A stretch of 60,870 bases of DNA from Pseudomonadota bacterium (GCA_021805245.1 JAJZFS010000013.1:1-60870), one strand, 5' to 3'; shown: positions 1 through 10,285, numbered from the stretch's first letter. Numbers and translations: made by a program. The notes: a model not told the origin generated them from the letters alone.

Positions 1-1
1 A

Positions 2-442
2 TGGGTGCCGCAGCTTTTTCTGGGGCTGACCTTCAACTGGGGCGCGCTGATGGGCTGGGCCGCCGTGACGGGAAGCCTTGCATGGCCGGCGGTGCTGCTT
101 TACATCGGCGGCATTTTCTGGACGCTCTGCTACGACACGGTCTACGCCCATCAGGACAAGGAGGACGACGCACTCGTCGGCATCAAATCCACCGCGCGGC
201 TCTTCGGCAAAAACAGCAAATATTTTGTCGGCGTTTTTTTCGCAATGTCGGTGTTCTTCCTGACAAAAGCACGATACGCGGTCGCGCCAAACATGGCGGT
301 GATCTTTCTGGCCTTGCTTCCCGCCCTGCATGCCCTCTGGCAGATCAAGGTCTGGGACATGAACGATCAGCAATCTTGCCTTAAAATATTCAAGTCAAAT
401 CAAGTATATGGCCTGCTTGCTCTCCTGATGCTGGCATTCTAG
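2..442 (+). CDS. ubiA: 4-hydroxybenzoate octaprenyltransferase (5'-truncated by window edge)
   Basis: PQLFLGLTFNWGALMGW and YDTVYAHQDKEDDALVGIKSTA are UbiA/Coq2 motifs; frame open to window start. Confidence 0.93.
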   Translation, partial: WVPQLFLGLTFNWGALMGWAAVTGSLAWPAVLLYIGGIFWTLCYDTVYAHQDKEDDALVGIKSTARLFGKNSKYFVGVFFAMSVFFLTKARYAVAPNMAVIFLALLPALHALWQIKVWDMNDQQSCLKIFKSNQVYGLLALLMLAF

Positions 443-449
443 ATTCTGG

Positions 450-478
450 TTGACGGACGTTCATATTCATAATATAAA
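450..478 (+). promoter_or_regulatory. sigma70-like promoter (TTGACG-N17-TATAAA), possibly giving a leaderless mRNA
   Basis: -35 at 450-455, -10 at 473-478, ATG at 486 with no Shine-Dalgarno sequence. Confidence 0.5.
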
Positions 479-485
479 TCTTATT

Positions 486-1076
486 ATGCAAGAAGAAGGC
501 AAAGGTCCACGCGTTAAAAAAATTCCGCCTGGCGATACGCACGAGCGTCTCGTCTGTCCGGAATGCGACTTTATTGCCTACGAGAACCCCAAGATCGTCA
601 ACATCGTCGTCGCGACTTATAAGAACAAGAAGAGCGGTGAAGACGAGTTCCTGCTCTGCAAGCGCGCGATCAGCCCGGTCGGCAAATGGACGCTACCCGG
701 CGGCTACATGGAGAACGGCGAGACGTTGCGCAAGGGCGCGCTGCGCGAAGCCTTCGAAGAAGCGACCACCAGACCGAAAGTCGGCGCGCTCATCGCCATC
801 TACCAGCCGCCCAGCAAACATGAAGTCATCATGATCTTCCGCGGCACACTGCGCTCGCGCAAAGCCGCGCCCGGCATTGAATCGCAGGACGTCAAATTTT
901 TCAAATGGGACGATATTCCCTGGAAGGATCTCGCCTTCCCGTTCGTCAAGGACGCGCTGAACGCATATAGGAAAACAGAGAACAAGACCGACTTCCAGCC
1001 GGAAATCATCATCGGCAAAAAAGCCTATAAACCGCAGTCCGCCAACGACAAGCAGAAAAAACCGCCCGCGCCTTAA
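486..1076 (+). CDS. NUDIX hydrolase with N-terminal Cys-containing (zinc-ribbon-like) segment and K/P-rich C-terminal tail
   Basis: RLVCPECDFIAYENPK; Nudix box GGYMENGETLRKGALREAFEE; ends KPQSANDKQKKPPAP; ATG 486 preferred over TTG 450. Confidence 0.88.
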   Translation: MQEEGKGPRVKKIPPGDTHERLVCPECDFIAYENPKIVNIVVATYKNKKSGEDEFLLCKRAISPVGKWTLPGGYMENGETLRKGALREAFEEATTRPKVGALIAIYQPPSKHEVIMIFRGTLRSRKAAPGIESQDVKFFKWDDIPWKDLAFPFVKDALNAYRKTENKTDFQPEIIIGKKAYKPQSANDKQKKPPAP

Positions 1077-1079
1077 GTT

Positions 1080-4000
1080 CTACCCGCGCGCCTGCAGCAC
1101 AAGCTGGCCGATGCGCTGGCTCACCAGCGTCAGCATTTCCAGCTCGACTTCCTTCTCCCGCTTCAGATCTGAAACCATCTGCACGATCTTGCTGACCACG
1201 TCCTGATGCCCTTCGAACCAAGCGTCGATGCGCTTTTTCTGCTGCTGCGCCGCCGTGCCGGACATTTTCTGCCGCTTGCCGCGCTCCTGCAGGATCGCCG
1301 CCGTCAGCTCCGCCTGCTGGCTGAAGAAATCATCCGTCAGACCGCTCACGACGCGCGCCTGCCAGCTGTTTTGCGTATCAATATGCGCCGCCTGCCGCCG
1401 CAGCCAGTCAAGCCCGAGCAGCTCGCCGGTTTCGAAATAGGCCACTGCGATGGAGCGAATGTCGCACTTGGTGCGGTGGGCGATGGTGATGATGTCGTTC
1501 GCCGAAGAGAGCAGGTTGAGCACCGCAATCTCTTCCGCTATCGCTTCCGGCAGGCCCTTGTTGATGAATTGCGCCTCGGCGCGGGCAAGCCCCTCTCCGA
1601 TGCCCTCGGGGATGACACGCTTGATTTCCCGCCGCAGCATTTCCACGCCCGGCTTGTAGGAGTCGATGCCCTCGGTCACCTGCAGGTGGCCGCCGCCGAA
1701 CCGCAGGAACCACGTCACGGCGCGCTTAACCATTTGCGCGATCTCGTGGAAGGCCGTCATCTGCGCCTGATAGGGCACTTTGCCGTCCAGCGCCTCGACC
1801 GATTTGAAGATCTCGTTCACGCGGAACGATTCCATCACGATCATGAAGGCGCGGATCACTTCCTCGTCGCTGGCGCCGACTTTCAAGATGCGCGACTGCA
1901 CAAAGGTCGGCCCCATGCGGTTGACCAGCACGTTCACGACCTGCGTCGCGATGATGCCGCGCTTCAGCTTGTGGTTGCGGATTTCCTTCCCGTATTTGTG
2001 CAGTTCCTTGGGGAAGTAATCGAACAGCAAACCTTCCAATGCCGGATCGTCGGGGATGTCCGTCTTCATCAGTTGAGTGAAGAGCGTCATCTTGGCATAG
2101 GCGAGCAGCACGCAGAACTCGGGCCTTGTGAGCCCCCTGCCTTCATGCGCGAGACGCGTCAGCGTTTCCTCGTCCGGCAGGCCTTCCAGCGACCGCTTGA
2201 TCAGCCCCGCCTTCTCGAGATCGCGGATAAATTCCGCGTGCGTGCCGAGGTCTTTCTTCGCCCGGAACTGCAGAAGGCTTAAAGATTGGGTCTGCTGGTA
2301 ATTGTCGCGCAACACCAGCGCCGCGACCTCCTTGGTCATCTTCTGCAGGAGCTTGTTGCGCTGGGAGAGCGTCATTTTTCCCTTGGCCATGACGTCGGCG
2401 AGCAGGATCTTGATATTGACTTCGTGGTCGGAGCAGTCGACGCCGCCGGAGTTGTCGATGAAGTCCGTATTGATGCGGCCGCCGAGGCGCGCGTATTCGA
2501 TCCGCGCCAGCTGCGTCACGCCGAGGTTGGCGCCTTCTCCGATCACGCGTGCTCGCACCTCGTTGGCATTGACGCGGATGGAATCGTTGCTCTTGTCATC
2601 GACGTCGGCATGGCTCTGCTTCGAGCTCTTGATATAGGTGCCGATGCCGCCGAACCAGATCAGTTCCACCTCGGCCTTGAGGATGGCCAAAATCAGCTCA
2701 TCCGGCGTGACGCTGTCCTCTTCAATGCCGAAGCATTTCTTGATCTGCGGGGTCAGCTTCAGCGTCTTGGCGGATCGCTCGTAAACCATGCCGCCCGCCG
2801 AGAGCTTCTTCTTGTCGTACATGTCCCAGCCGCCGCGTGCCTTGAACAGACGCGCGCGTTCGGCGTAGCTTGCGGTCATATCCGGATCGGGGTCGCAGAA
2901 AATGTGGATATGGTTGAAGGCCCCGAGCAGGCGCATTTTCTTCGACAGCAGCATGCCGTTGCCGAAAACATCGCCAGCCATGTCGCCGACGCCGACCAGC
3001 GTAAAGGGCTGGGTCTGGGTGTTTTTGCCCATCTCGTGGAAATGGCGCATGACGGATTCCCACCCGCCGCGCGCGGTGATGCCGATGGCTTTGTGATCGT
3101 AGCCGGCCGAACCGCCGGAGGCGAAGGCGTCGCCGAGCCAGAAGCCCTTTTCCGCCGACAGCGCGTTGGCGATGTTGGAGAAGGTCGCCGTGCCCTTGTC
3201 CGCCGCGACGACGAGATAGGGATCGATGCCGTCATAGCATACAACGTCTCTCGGACGGATAATCTTGCCGCCGACGTTGTTGTCGGTGAGATCAAGCAAC
3301 GCCCTGATGAAGATTTTATAGCATTCGATGCCTTCTTCCTGATAAGCGGTTCTGCCGCCCGTTTTAGGCGGCTGCTTGACGACGAAGCCGCCTTTCGCGC
3401 CGACCGGCACGATCACGGCGTTCTTGACCATCTGCGATTTCATCAGGCCGAGGATTTCGGTGCGGAAGTCGTCGTGGCGGTCCGACCAGCGGATGCCGCC
3501 GCGGGCGATCTCGCCGCCGCGCAAATGCACGGCCTCGACGCGCGAGGAATAGACGAAAATCTCCACATGCGGACGCGGCAACGGCAGGTCCGGAACATTG
3601 TGGCTGTTCAGCTTGACGGCGAGGACGGATTTCGGCGTGCCGTCGGCATGCGTCTGGAAGTAGTTGGTGCGCAGCGTGTTCTCGATCAGCGCCTTGAAGC
3701 CGCGCAGAATACGGTCATGGTCGAGCTTCTGCACGTCCTGCAGCATGCCCTCGATGCGTGCCGCCGTTTTGCTGCCGCGTTTTTCCTGCGGCATCTTCAG
3801 TTTCGGGTCGTGCATTTCGAGGAACATATTGACCAGTTCGCGCGCGATCCGCGGGTACATGCCCAGCACCTGCTCGATGTAAGCGACGCTGAAGGGGAAC
3901 TTCTGCTGGCGCATGAACTTGTTGTACGTGCGCAAGATGATGATTTCGCGCCACGTCAGGTTGGCATTCAGGACAAGCTTATTGAGCGCGTCGTTTTCGG

Positions 4001-5864
4001 CGCGGCCCTTCCAGACTTGCAGGAAGGTCTCCTCGAAATTGGCCTTGACCAGATCCAGCCTGATCTTTTCCACGCCCAGCAGTTCAAAATCGTGGATCCA
4101 GACGGTCTTGGTGCCGCGCTCCGCGGGGTGCACTTCATAAGGCATTTCCGAGAGGCCTTTCAGCCCCATATTTTCCAGCACCGGCAGAATGTCGGAGAGC
4201 GAAACGGGGCTGTCCTTATGATAGACCTTGAGTCTTGCCGTGTTTTCCGGCTCGCCCTGCAGGCGGTAGAAATCGACGCAGATTTTGTCGTCGCTGTGCA
4301 GCAGGTCCTCAAGACGGCGGATGTCGTGCAGGGCGTTGGTCAGATCGACGGATTCGTGATATGCGCTGGAAAAAGCCTTGCCATACGCGTCGGCCAGCGC
4401 CACACCCTGCTTTTTGCCGTGCGTCATGATCAGCACCTGCCGCAGGCGTTCGTCCCACTCGCGGCCGATCTCGATGAGCTTGCGTTCGGTTTCCTCCTGA
4501 TCGAAGCGCTGCCGCGGGCCGGCGTTGAAGCGGATCGTGAAGAGAATGCGCGCCAGCGGGCTGTCGTCGAGGTTGGTAAAGTAGTTGGTGTATTCGCCGC
4601 CGACAGCTTCTTCCAAGATGGTTCCCGCCTGCGCGCGGAATTTGGTGTTGTAACGGTCGCGCGGCACATAAACGAGGCAGGACATATATTGCTGCATCGG
4701 ATCGATGTGTGTGAACAGTGCGACGCGGTGCCGCGCCTGAAGGCCGAGCAGACCGATCGCCGTCTCGTAAATCTCGTCGACCGACGCCTGGAACAGTTCG
4801 TCGCGCGGCATGGTCTCGAGGATGTGTTCCAGCGCGGCGCGGTCGTGCGTGCCGGAATGGAAACCGGATTTCTTGATGACCTCGCGCACCTTCAAACGCA
4901 CGAGCGGCACTTCGCCGGTGCGGCAGGAATAAGTGCCCGAAGTAAACAACCCGACGAACAGGTGCATGCCGGAAAGATGGCCTTTCCGATCGTAGGTGCG
5001 GATGCTGACAGCATCGAGCGGCGCGCGGCGGTGCACGGCGGAATACTGGTCGATCAGCTTGCTAATCATGACCGGAGATTTCGCCTGCCGCATGGCGGCG
5101 ACTTCAGGCGAACCCGCGCCGCGCCCGAAACAGAACGTCTTGTTGTGTTTCAACACACCGAGCGCCGTGCCCGGCACGGGCGTGGACTGCGTTTTGCTGC
5201 CGGTGCCGGAAAATTTGAACGCACGGTAGCCGAGGAAGGTGAAATTGCTGTTTTGCAGGTATCTCAGAAAGTCATAGGCCTCGCTGAGGTCGTCAGGGCG
5301 CGCCGGATCGTTCGACGATGCTTCCAGACTGCGCACGACGTCGTCCATCCGGACCATCAGGTTCTTCCAGTCGCCGGTCGCGGCGCGGACGTCGTCGAGA
5401 ACTGCGTTCAGCCGCTTTTCCAGCTTGTCCGCCGCATCCTGCGACAACATTTGCTCAAGCTGGATATAGACGTGGGATTCGGTGATATAACCCCTGCTCT
5501 TTTCCGCGCGGACGTCTTTCAGCTTGCCGCCCTTGGCGCGCTCGGCCTGCACGATCGGGTGGAACATCACCTCGACCGTCAGGTTCTGCGCCGCCAGTTC
5601 CGCCGTGACGGAGTCGATGATGAACGGCATGTCGTCGTTGATCATCTGGATGACGCTGTGCGGCGCGTGCCAGCCGTCGCGTTTTTGTTCGGGCGTGAAC
5701 ACCCGCACGTTCTGCCTGTGCGGCTTGCGCGTCTCGGCGGCGGCATACAGCGACGCGATCACGTTGTGCAGATCCTTTGCGCTCCAGCCCTCCATGTCCT
5801 CGACCGGAACGCGTTGATAAAATGCCTTTGAAAATGCGGCAAGCGTTTTCTTGTCTGTGCTCAT
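1080..5864 (-). CDS. gdhB: Large NAD-specific glutamate dehydrogenase (GdhB/GdhZ type)
   Basis: ~1594 aa; ARGGIRWSDR, VKNAVIVPVGAKGGF, YLVVAADKGTATFS, GVGDMAGDVFGNG; AAGGA RBS before ATG 5864. Confidence 0.96.
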   Translation of the reverse strand: MSTDKKTLAAFSKAFYQRVPVEDMEGWSAKDLHNVIASLYAAAETRKPHRQNVRVFTPEQKRDGWHAPHSVIQMINDDMPFIIDSVTAELAAQNLTVEVMFHPIVQAERAKGGKLKDVRAEKSRGYITESHVYIQLEQMLSQDAADKLEKRLNAVLDDVRAATGDWKNLMVRMDDVVRSLEASSNDPARPDDLSEAYDFLRYLQNSNFTFLGYRAFKFSGTGSKTQSTPVPGTALGVLKHNKTFCFGRGAGSPEVAAMRQAKSPVMISKLIDQYSAVHRRAPLDAVSIRTYDRKGHLSGMHLFVGLFTSGTYSCRTGEVPLVRLKVREVIKKSGFHSGTHDRAALEHILETMPRDELFQASVDEIYETAIGLLGLQARHRVALFTHIDPMQQYMSCLVYVPRDRYNTKFRAQAGTILEEAVGGEYTNYFTNLDDSPLARILFTIRFNAGPRQRFDQEETERKLIEIGREWDERLRQVLIMTHGKKQGVALADAYGKAFSSAYHESVDLTNALHDIRRLEDLLHSDDKICVDFYRLQGEPENTARLKVYHKDSPVSLSDILPVLENMGLKGLSEMPYEVHPAERGTKTVWIHDFELLGVEKIRLDLVKANFEETFLQVWKGRAENDALNKLVLNANLTWREIIILRTYNKFMRQQKFPFSVAYIEQVLGMYPRIARELVNMFLEMHDPKLKMPQEKRGSKTAARIEGMLQDVQKLDHDRILRGFKALIENTLRTNYFQTHADGTPKSVLAVKLNSHNVPDLPLPRPHVEIFVYSSRVEAVHLRGGEIARGGIRWSDRHDDFRTEILGLMKSQMVKNAVIVPVGAKGGFVVKQPPKTGGRTAYQEEGIECYKIFIRALLDLTDNNVGGKIIRPRDVVCYDGIDPYLVVAADKGTATFSNIANALSAEKGFWLGDAFASGGSAGYDHKAIGITARGGWESVMRHFHEMGKNTQTQPFTLVGVGDMAGDVFGNGMLLSKKMRLLGAFNHIHIFCDPDPDMTASYAERARLFKARGGWDMYDKKKLSAGGMVYERSAKTLKLTPQIKKCFGIEEDSVTPDELILAILKAEVELIWFGGIGTYIKSSKQSHADVDDKSNDSIRVNANEVRARVIGEGANLGVTQLARIEYARLGGRINTDFIDNSGGVDCSDHEVNIKILLADVMAKGKMTLSQRNKLLQKMTKEVAALVLRDNYQQTQSLSLLQFRAKKDLGTHAEFIRDLEKAGLIKRSLEGLPDEETLTRLAHEGRGLTRPEFCVLLAYAKMTLFTQLMKTDIPDDPALEGLLFDYFPKELHKYGKEIRNHKLKRGIIATQVVNVLVNRMGPTFVQSRILKVGASDEEVIRAFMIVMESFRVNEIFKSVEALDGKVPYQAQMTAFHEIAQMVKRAVTWFLRFGGGHLQVTEGIDSYKPGVEMLRREIKRVIPEGIGEGLARAEAQFINKGLPEAIAEEIAVLNLLSSANDIITIAHRTKCDIRSIAVAYFETGELLGLDWLRRQAAHIDTQNSWQARVVSGLTDDFFSQQAELTAAILQERGKRQKMSGTAAQQQKKRIDAWFEGHQDVVSKIVQMVSDLKREKEVELEMLTLVSQRIGQLVLQARG

Positions 5865-6057
5865 GTTTCTTCCTTGCGCACTTGATGCGCTGTTGTTTTT
5901 GGCGGGAGCGAGATGTTTGCGGGAATAAGATACGGACATGGGAAGACTCCTATTTTCCTGACATGATAGGGTAGCCGAGTATAGAAAGAGTTAAAACACC
6001 TTCGGATAAAAAAAATGGCGCAAACCGCGCCTAAAAAATGCCGCAGTGCAGCATGGC

Positions 6058-6091
6058 AAAAAGGGCGTACCATTCCGGTACGCCCTTTTTT
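6058..6091. terminator. Intrinsic terminator downstream of ahpC (likely bidirectional)
   Basis: AAAAA-GGGCGTACC-ATTCC-GGTACGCCC-TTTTTT perfect hairpin with A/T tracts on both sides. Confidence 0.8.
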
Positions 6092-6136
6092 ATCGCTATA
6101 AAAGCTGACGTTACGCCACAATCGGCTTATCGGTTT

Positions 6137-6679
6137 TTAAGCCGCGAGCGGCTTATCACCCTTCTTCCAGCCGCACTGGATCAGACCGCCGTTTTGCAGG
6201 CCGTCAAGAATGCGCAGGACTTCGTCGACGTTGCGGCCGACGCTCAGGTCGTTTACGGAAACGTGACGGATGACCCCCTTCGGATCGACGATGAAGGTCG
6301 CACGCAGGCAGACGCCCGCGCCTTCATGCAGGATGCCGAGCGCGTTGGACAGTTCGTGCTTGATGTCGGAGAGCATCGGGAACGGCAGGTTCTTCAGGTC
6401 CGGATGGCTCTTGCGCCAGTTGAGGTGGACGAAGTCGCTGTCCGTGCTCATGCCCAGCACTTGCGCCTTGCGGCTTTCGAATTCCTTGTTGAGTTCGCCG
6501 AAGGTGGAAATTTCGGTCGGGCAGACGAAGGTGAAGTCCTTCGGCCACGCGAAAACGACCAGCCACTTGTCTTTGTAGCTCTCGTTGGTGATCTGTTTGA
6601 AAGACTTGCTCGTATCGTCGTCCGAGGAGACCACGCCCGTCAGTTTGAATTCCGGAAATTTATGACCCACAGTTAACAT
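6137..6679 (-). CDS. ahpC: Peroxiredoxin, AhpC family
   Basis: WPKDFTFVCPTEI peroxidatic motif; VGRNVDEVLRILD; C-terminal resolving Cys. Confidence 0.93.
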   Translation of the reverse strand: MLTVGHKFPEFKLTGVVSSDDDTSKSFKQITNESYKDKWLVVFAWPKDFTFVCPTEISTFGELNKEFESRKAQVLGMSTDSDFVHLNWRKSHPDLKNLPFPMLSDIKHELSNALGILHEGAGVCLRATFIVDPKGVIRHVSVNDLSVGRNVDEVLRILDGLQNGGLIQCGWKKGDKPLAA

Positions 6680-6765
6680 GATTCATACCCTTTCTGCTGC
6701 TTAAATTTTCGAATTAGGACCAGCGATAAAATGCGCCGCTGCAACGGTTTTGTCAACATATAGCC

Positions 6766-7647
6766 TTAAACGCCGGCTTTAAGAATAATCAACGCGACCG
6801 CGCAGGCGACGACGCCCAGCCCCGCGCGGATATTGCCTTTGTCCTTGTGTTTGATAAAGCGGTAAAAAAGCAGGATCAGGACGGAATCGAGAAGATTAAG
6901 AGCCGAAATATAAGCCGGATTATCCACATAGTAATAAGCCATAATATCGAGCAGCACCATGCAGACCATGGCAGACCCTACAATGATACCACCCGTCCAC
7001 GCCGGGCGCGCGAAGAAGGCCGCGCGCGAAACGGGCTTTTTGACCACATAATAAACCAGCCACAAAGACAGCATGGTCACGGCCTCGACGAAAACATAGG
7101 ACGCCGGACCTTTGGCGAGCGCGGCATGCAGCGTCGCCTTCTTGGTCAGCACCGGCCCGATCACCGCGGCCAGCAGCACGAACCAGACCAGCCGCAAAGC
7201 CCTCATCGAAACTTCGCATTTTTTAAGCTGCGCGGCGAAAAGCGCGAACAGGCACAGCACAAGGAAAATCAGCCCGCTGCGCACCGGCATGGCGAAATAT
7301 TTGTCGAGCAGGCCGGGGTCGAAAACGAACCAGAGCAGGAAGCTGAAAATCACCGATGTGGGAATGAGCCGCGAGATCGTGCCCCCGCCGGCCTTGGAAA
7401 TGCTGTTGAAGAAGATCACGTCGCTGACCGCCCAGATCACCGCGCCCGAACAGACGTAGGCGTAAAAGAGCGGATCGGGAGGCAGTCCCTGTACGATCAC
7501 AAAGGGAATGAGAACGGTGGCGCAGACGATCTTGCACCAGACGGCCATCACATAGCCGTTGACCTTGAAGCGCTCCTGCACAAGCAACATCGTGGCGGAC
7601 AATACCGCCGAGGCCGACCCGAATAACGCCCACACAGGAAATATCAT
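6766..7647 (-). CDS. EamA/DMT-like multi-pass membrane transporter
   Basis: ~10 hydrophobic segments in two repeats, ~293 aa; start uncertain (7647 or 7662). Confidence 0.6.
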   Translation of the reverse strand: MIFPVWALFGSASAVLSATMLLVQERFKVNGYVMAVWCKIVCATVLIPFVIVQGLPPDPLFYAYVCSGAVIWAVSDVIFFNSISKAGGGTISRLIPTSVIFSFLLWFVFDPGLLDKYFAMPVRSGLIFLVLCLFALFAAQLKKCEVSMRALRLVWFVLLAAVIGPVLTKKATLHAALAKGPASYVFVEAVTMLSLWLVYYVVKKPVSRAAFFARPAWTGGIIVGSAMVCMVLLDIMAYYYVDNPAYISALNLLDSVLILLFYRFIKHKDKGNIRAGLGVVACAVALIILKAGV

Positions 7648-7804
7648 CCCGTAACGATACACGGTTTGCAGTCTTGCAGAAAGGCAATAAGGCGATGCGC
7701 CACTGTACAGGTCCCTGATGTGTTGATAGAATTACTTTTAAATAACCGGAACAGGCGACCAGCGTCTTGTTAGAGTCGTTCGGGATCGTGAGAGTGGGGA
7801 TAAC

Positions 7805-8419
7805 ATGAAAAAGGCACCAAAGTTCGCCCGGGTTTTGAGTTTTTCAGTCGCGCTGGCGGGGTTGTTTCTCGGTGGCTGCGGCCTTGTCCTTCCCGGCATC
7901 CATGCCGCTCCCAATGGTAAAAAAGTGACCAATTACACGTCGCGCTTTATAGTCAAATGGGACATCTCGAAAAAAGACAATCAGCTGGTGCAGGATTTTA
8001 CCGTTAACGCGGCAGGCAAGTACAGGGTTGTTCTGGAATGCCGCGCTATCGATCAAAAACATTTCGGTTACGAAGACCGTAATAAGCTGATCGATTTTTT
8101 AAGCCTCTCTCCTACCGGTCACAGGACGGGCGTTGTCATCCCGATGACGATGAAGATAGACCGGATCGACGGCAAGCATGTCACGCCGCTGGTGCCGGAA
8201 GAAAAACTTAACAGCTATGGTCTGGACTCGGGCGGGTTATACGACATGTCGCGCTATATTCATGACTATATAAACTTTCCCGCCGGAAAATATAGAATCA
8301 CCATCCGCACGGATCACGCCGTAAAACTGCCGCCTAACGTGGAAACATTTTTAGAGGTGGCGAACGACGACAAACGGCAGCCTTTCTACACCACGATCTT
8401 CAGCGTGGACGGTTTGTAA
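7805..8419 (+). CDS. Lipoprotein of unknown function (DUF5625-like by recollection)
   Basis: Basic N-terminus, hydrophobic stretch, lipobox-like LGGC; GVVIPMTMKI and PAGKYRITI motifs. Confidence 0.65.
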   Translation: MKKAPKFARVLSFSVALAGLFLGGCGLVLPGIHAAPNGKKVTNYTSRFIVKWDISKKDNQLVQDFTVNAAGKYRVVLECRAIDQKHFGYEDRNKLIDFLSLSPTGHRTGVVIPMTMKIDRIDGKHVTPLVPEEKLNSYGLDSGGLYDMSRYIHDYINFPAGKYRITIRTDHAVKLPPNVETFLEVANDDKRQPFYTTIFSVDGL

Positions 8420-9186
8420 TCCTTGGCGGCGTATTCGGGGTGACCGCGCGGGTTCTCGTGATAAAGCACGCCGTCTATCTGCCGCGTTTTCGGCGCGTGC
8501 TGATGCCCGAACAGCCAGAATTTGATTTTCTTCCCCGCGTCATATTTGAGAAGGCGCTGCAACTTGCTTGAGCCCATCAACGCCTGTCTTTCCCGCGAAA
8601 TACCTTCCTTGACATCAAGCAGCTCGGCGCGCGGCACGGTATGGGTGACCACGACGATGGTATGGATGGACGCATCCTTGTTGAATTGTTTGACCTGATC
8701 GCGCAGAGCGTAATAATCGCGCCGCGCCATTTTCGAGAACGAGGCCGCCTTGTTAAAGCTGGCTTTCAGGTAACCGCGCCCTTTCCTGAGCGCCCGCCAG
8801 CGCGACAGCCCCTTGATCATCCTGTAATCCCAATGGCCGTTGCGGCCGATGATCGCGACGCCGTCTTTGACGAATGGCTTGTCGCGCAAATAGACCACGT
8901 TCGCAAGCTGCACGATGCCCTTGCGCAGGGTTTCCTCCACGGCGCGGAAATTGAAATTGTAGGCGAAGCCAGGCGCGCCGGTGCGGAATTCGTGGTTGCC
9001 GTCGACGAAGAGAACAGTCTTGTAAACCGCCGCAATTTTTTTAAGTTCGGCAAGGCAGGTCGCGGGATCCGACGCCACGTCGCCGGCGACGATGGCAATA
9101 TCGTTCTTTTTCAGCGCTGCGTAATCAAGCGCATCGGCATGCTGTTCGGCGTGCAGATCGCTGTAAAAATCCACAGAGAAAGACAT
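8386..9186 (-). CDS. Calcineurin-like metallophosphoesterase, copy 2
   Basis: SDLH, VAGD, DGNHE, VTHTVP, FGHQH metal-binding motifs. Confidence 0.88.
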   Translation of the reverse strand: MSFSVDFYSDLHAEQHADALDYAALKKNDIAIVAGDVASDPATCLAELKKIAAVYKTVLFVDGNHEFRTGAPGFAYNFNFRAVEETLRKGIVQLANVVYLRDKPFVKDGVAIIGRNGHWDYRMIKGLSRWRALRKGRGYLKASFNKAASFSKMARRDYYALRDQVKQFNKDASIHTIVVVTHTVPRAELLDVKEGISRERQALMGSSKLQRLLKYDAGKKIKFWLFGHQHAPKTRQIDGVLYHENPRGHPEYAAKDYKPSTLKIVV

Positions 9187-9293
9187 TCCCGAAAACTCCT
9201 GTCCGAGCCATCATGTGTCAGAGAAGCTAAGCAGAATACGGGAAAACAGTCAATGCCGCGCTATATGGAATGTCGCGGGGCCGTCCCTTTATC

Positions 9294-10085
9294 TCATGCC
9301 CCGAGCCTGACCGCAGACGGCTTATACCCTTTGGCGGTGTCCCTGTTGTGGCCGCGCGGGTTCTCATGATAAAGAACGCCGTCTATTTCCTGCTTCCTCG
9401 AGTCATGCTGGTGGCCGAACAGCCAGAATTTGATTTTCTTCCCCGCATCGTACTGGAGAAGATGGCGCATCTGGCTTGAGCCCTTGATCGCCTGCCGCGC
9501 CGGCGGGGCATCCTTCAAGAGTTCCGAACGCGGCACGGTGTGTGTCACCACAACGATTGTATGAATGGACGGGTCCCGATTGAACTTTATGATCTGGTCG
9601 CGCAGGGCGTAATAATCGCGCCGCGCCAGCTTCGAAAAGGAGGCGGCATTGTTGAAATCCGTCTCCAGAATGCGCGCGCACTCCCTGATCGCCCGCCGCC
9701 GCGGATAGCCCTTCACCATCTTGTAATCCCAATGGCCGTTGCGGCCGATAACCGCAACGCCGTCTTTAACGAAGGGCTTGTCACGCAAGTAGACCACGTT
9801 CGGAATCTGCGCGATGCCCTGACGCAGCTTTTCCTCCACGGCGTCAAAGTTGAAATTGTAGACGTAATCGGGCAGGCCCTTGCGGAATTCGTGGTTGCCG
9901 TCGACAAACAGCACGGTCTTGTAAGCCGCCGCGATCTGCCTGAGCTCCGCAAGGCTGGTCGCAGGATCCGGCCCCAGATCACCGGCCACGATGGCAATAT
10001 CGCTTTTTTTAAGTGCGGCGTAATCAAGCCGGTCGGCATGCAGCTCGGCATGGAGATCGCTCATAAGATCGACGGAGAAAGACAT
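9294..10085 (-). CDS. Calcineurin-like metallophosphoesterase, copy 1
   Basis: Same five motifs; paralog of 8386..9186; start at MSFSVD chosen by alignment to the paralog. Confidence 0.88.
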   Translation of the reverse strand: MSFSVDLMSDLHAELHADRLDYAALKKSDIAIVAGDLGPDPATSLAELRQIAAAYKTVLFVDGNHEFRKGLPDYVYNFNFDAVEEKLRQGIAQIPNVVYLRDKPFVKDGVAVIGRNGHWDYKMVKGYPRRRAIRECARILETDFNNAASFSKLARRDYYALRDQIIKFNRDPSIHTIVVVTHTVPRSELLKDAPPARQAIKGSSQMRHLLQYDAGKKIKFWLFGHQHDSRKQEIDGVLYHENPRGHNRDTAKGYKPSAVRLGA

Positions 10086-10154
10086 TATATATATAAGCTC
10101 CCGCGATGCTCTTGACACACAGCCTCAGTCTCGTGGATGGCGTATAGAAAAACA

Positions 10155-10170
10155 GTTAAGCCATTATTAA
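10155..10170 (-). promoter_or_regulatory. CtrA-binding site (TTAA-N7-TTAAC)
   Basis: Minus strand reads TTAA-TAATGGC-TTAAC, ~70 bp upstream of the metallophosphoesterase start. Confidence 0.6.
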
Positions 10171-10285
10171 TATGGAATATACCTTATTTTACTGCCCCTG
10201 TAAAGTTATTTAGGCGGGTTCTGGCAAGCCTGTTGACAAGCGAAAAACCTTACTCTATCCATGACGGCGGTCAGTATATCGCAAT

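Noticed and set aside
2286..5831. 1181-aa plus-strand ORF, and similar long antisense ORFs such as 19163-20950, 47408-48475 and 49538-50719
   Set aside because: They lie antisense to well-supported genes and show no recognisable motifs; expected shadow of GC-rich codon usage
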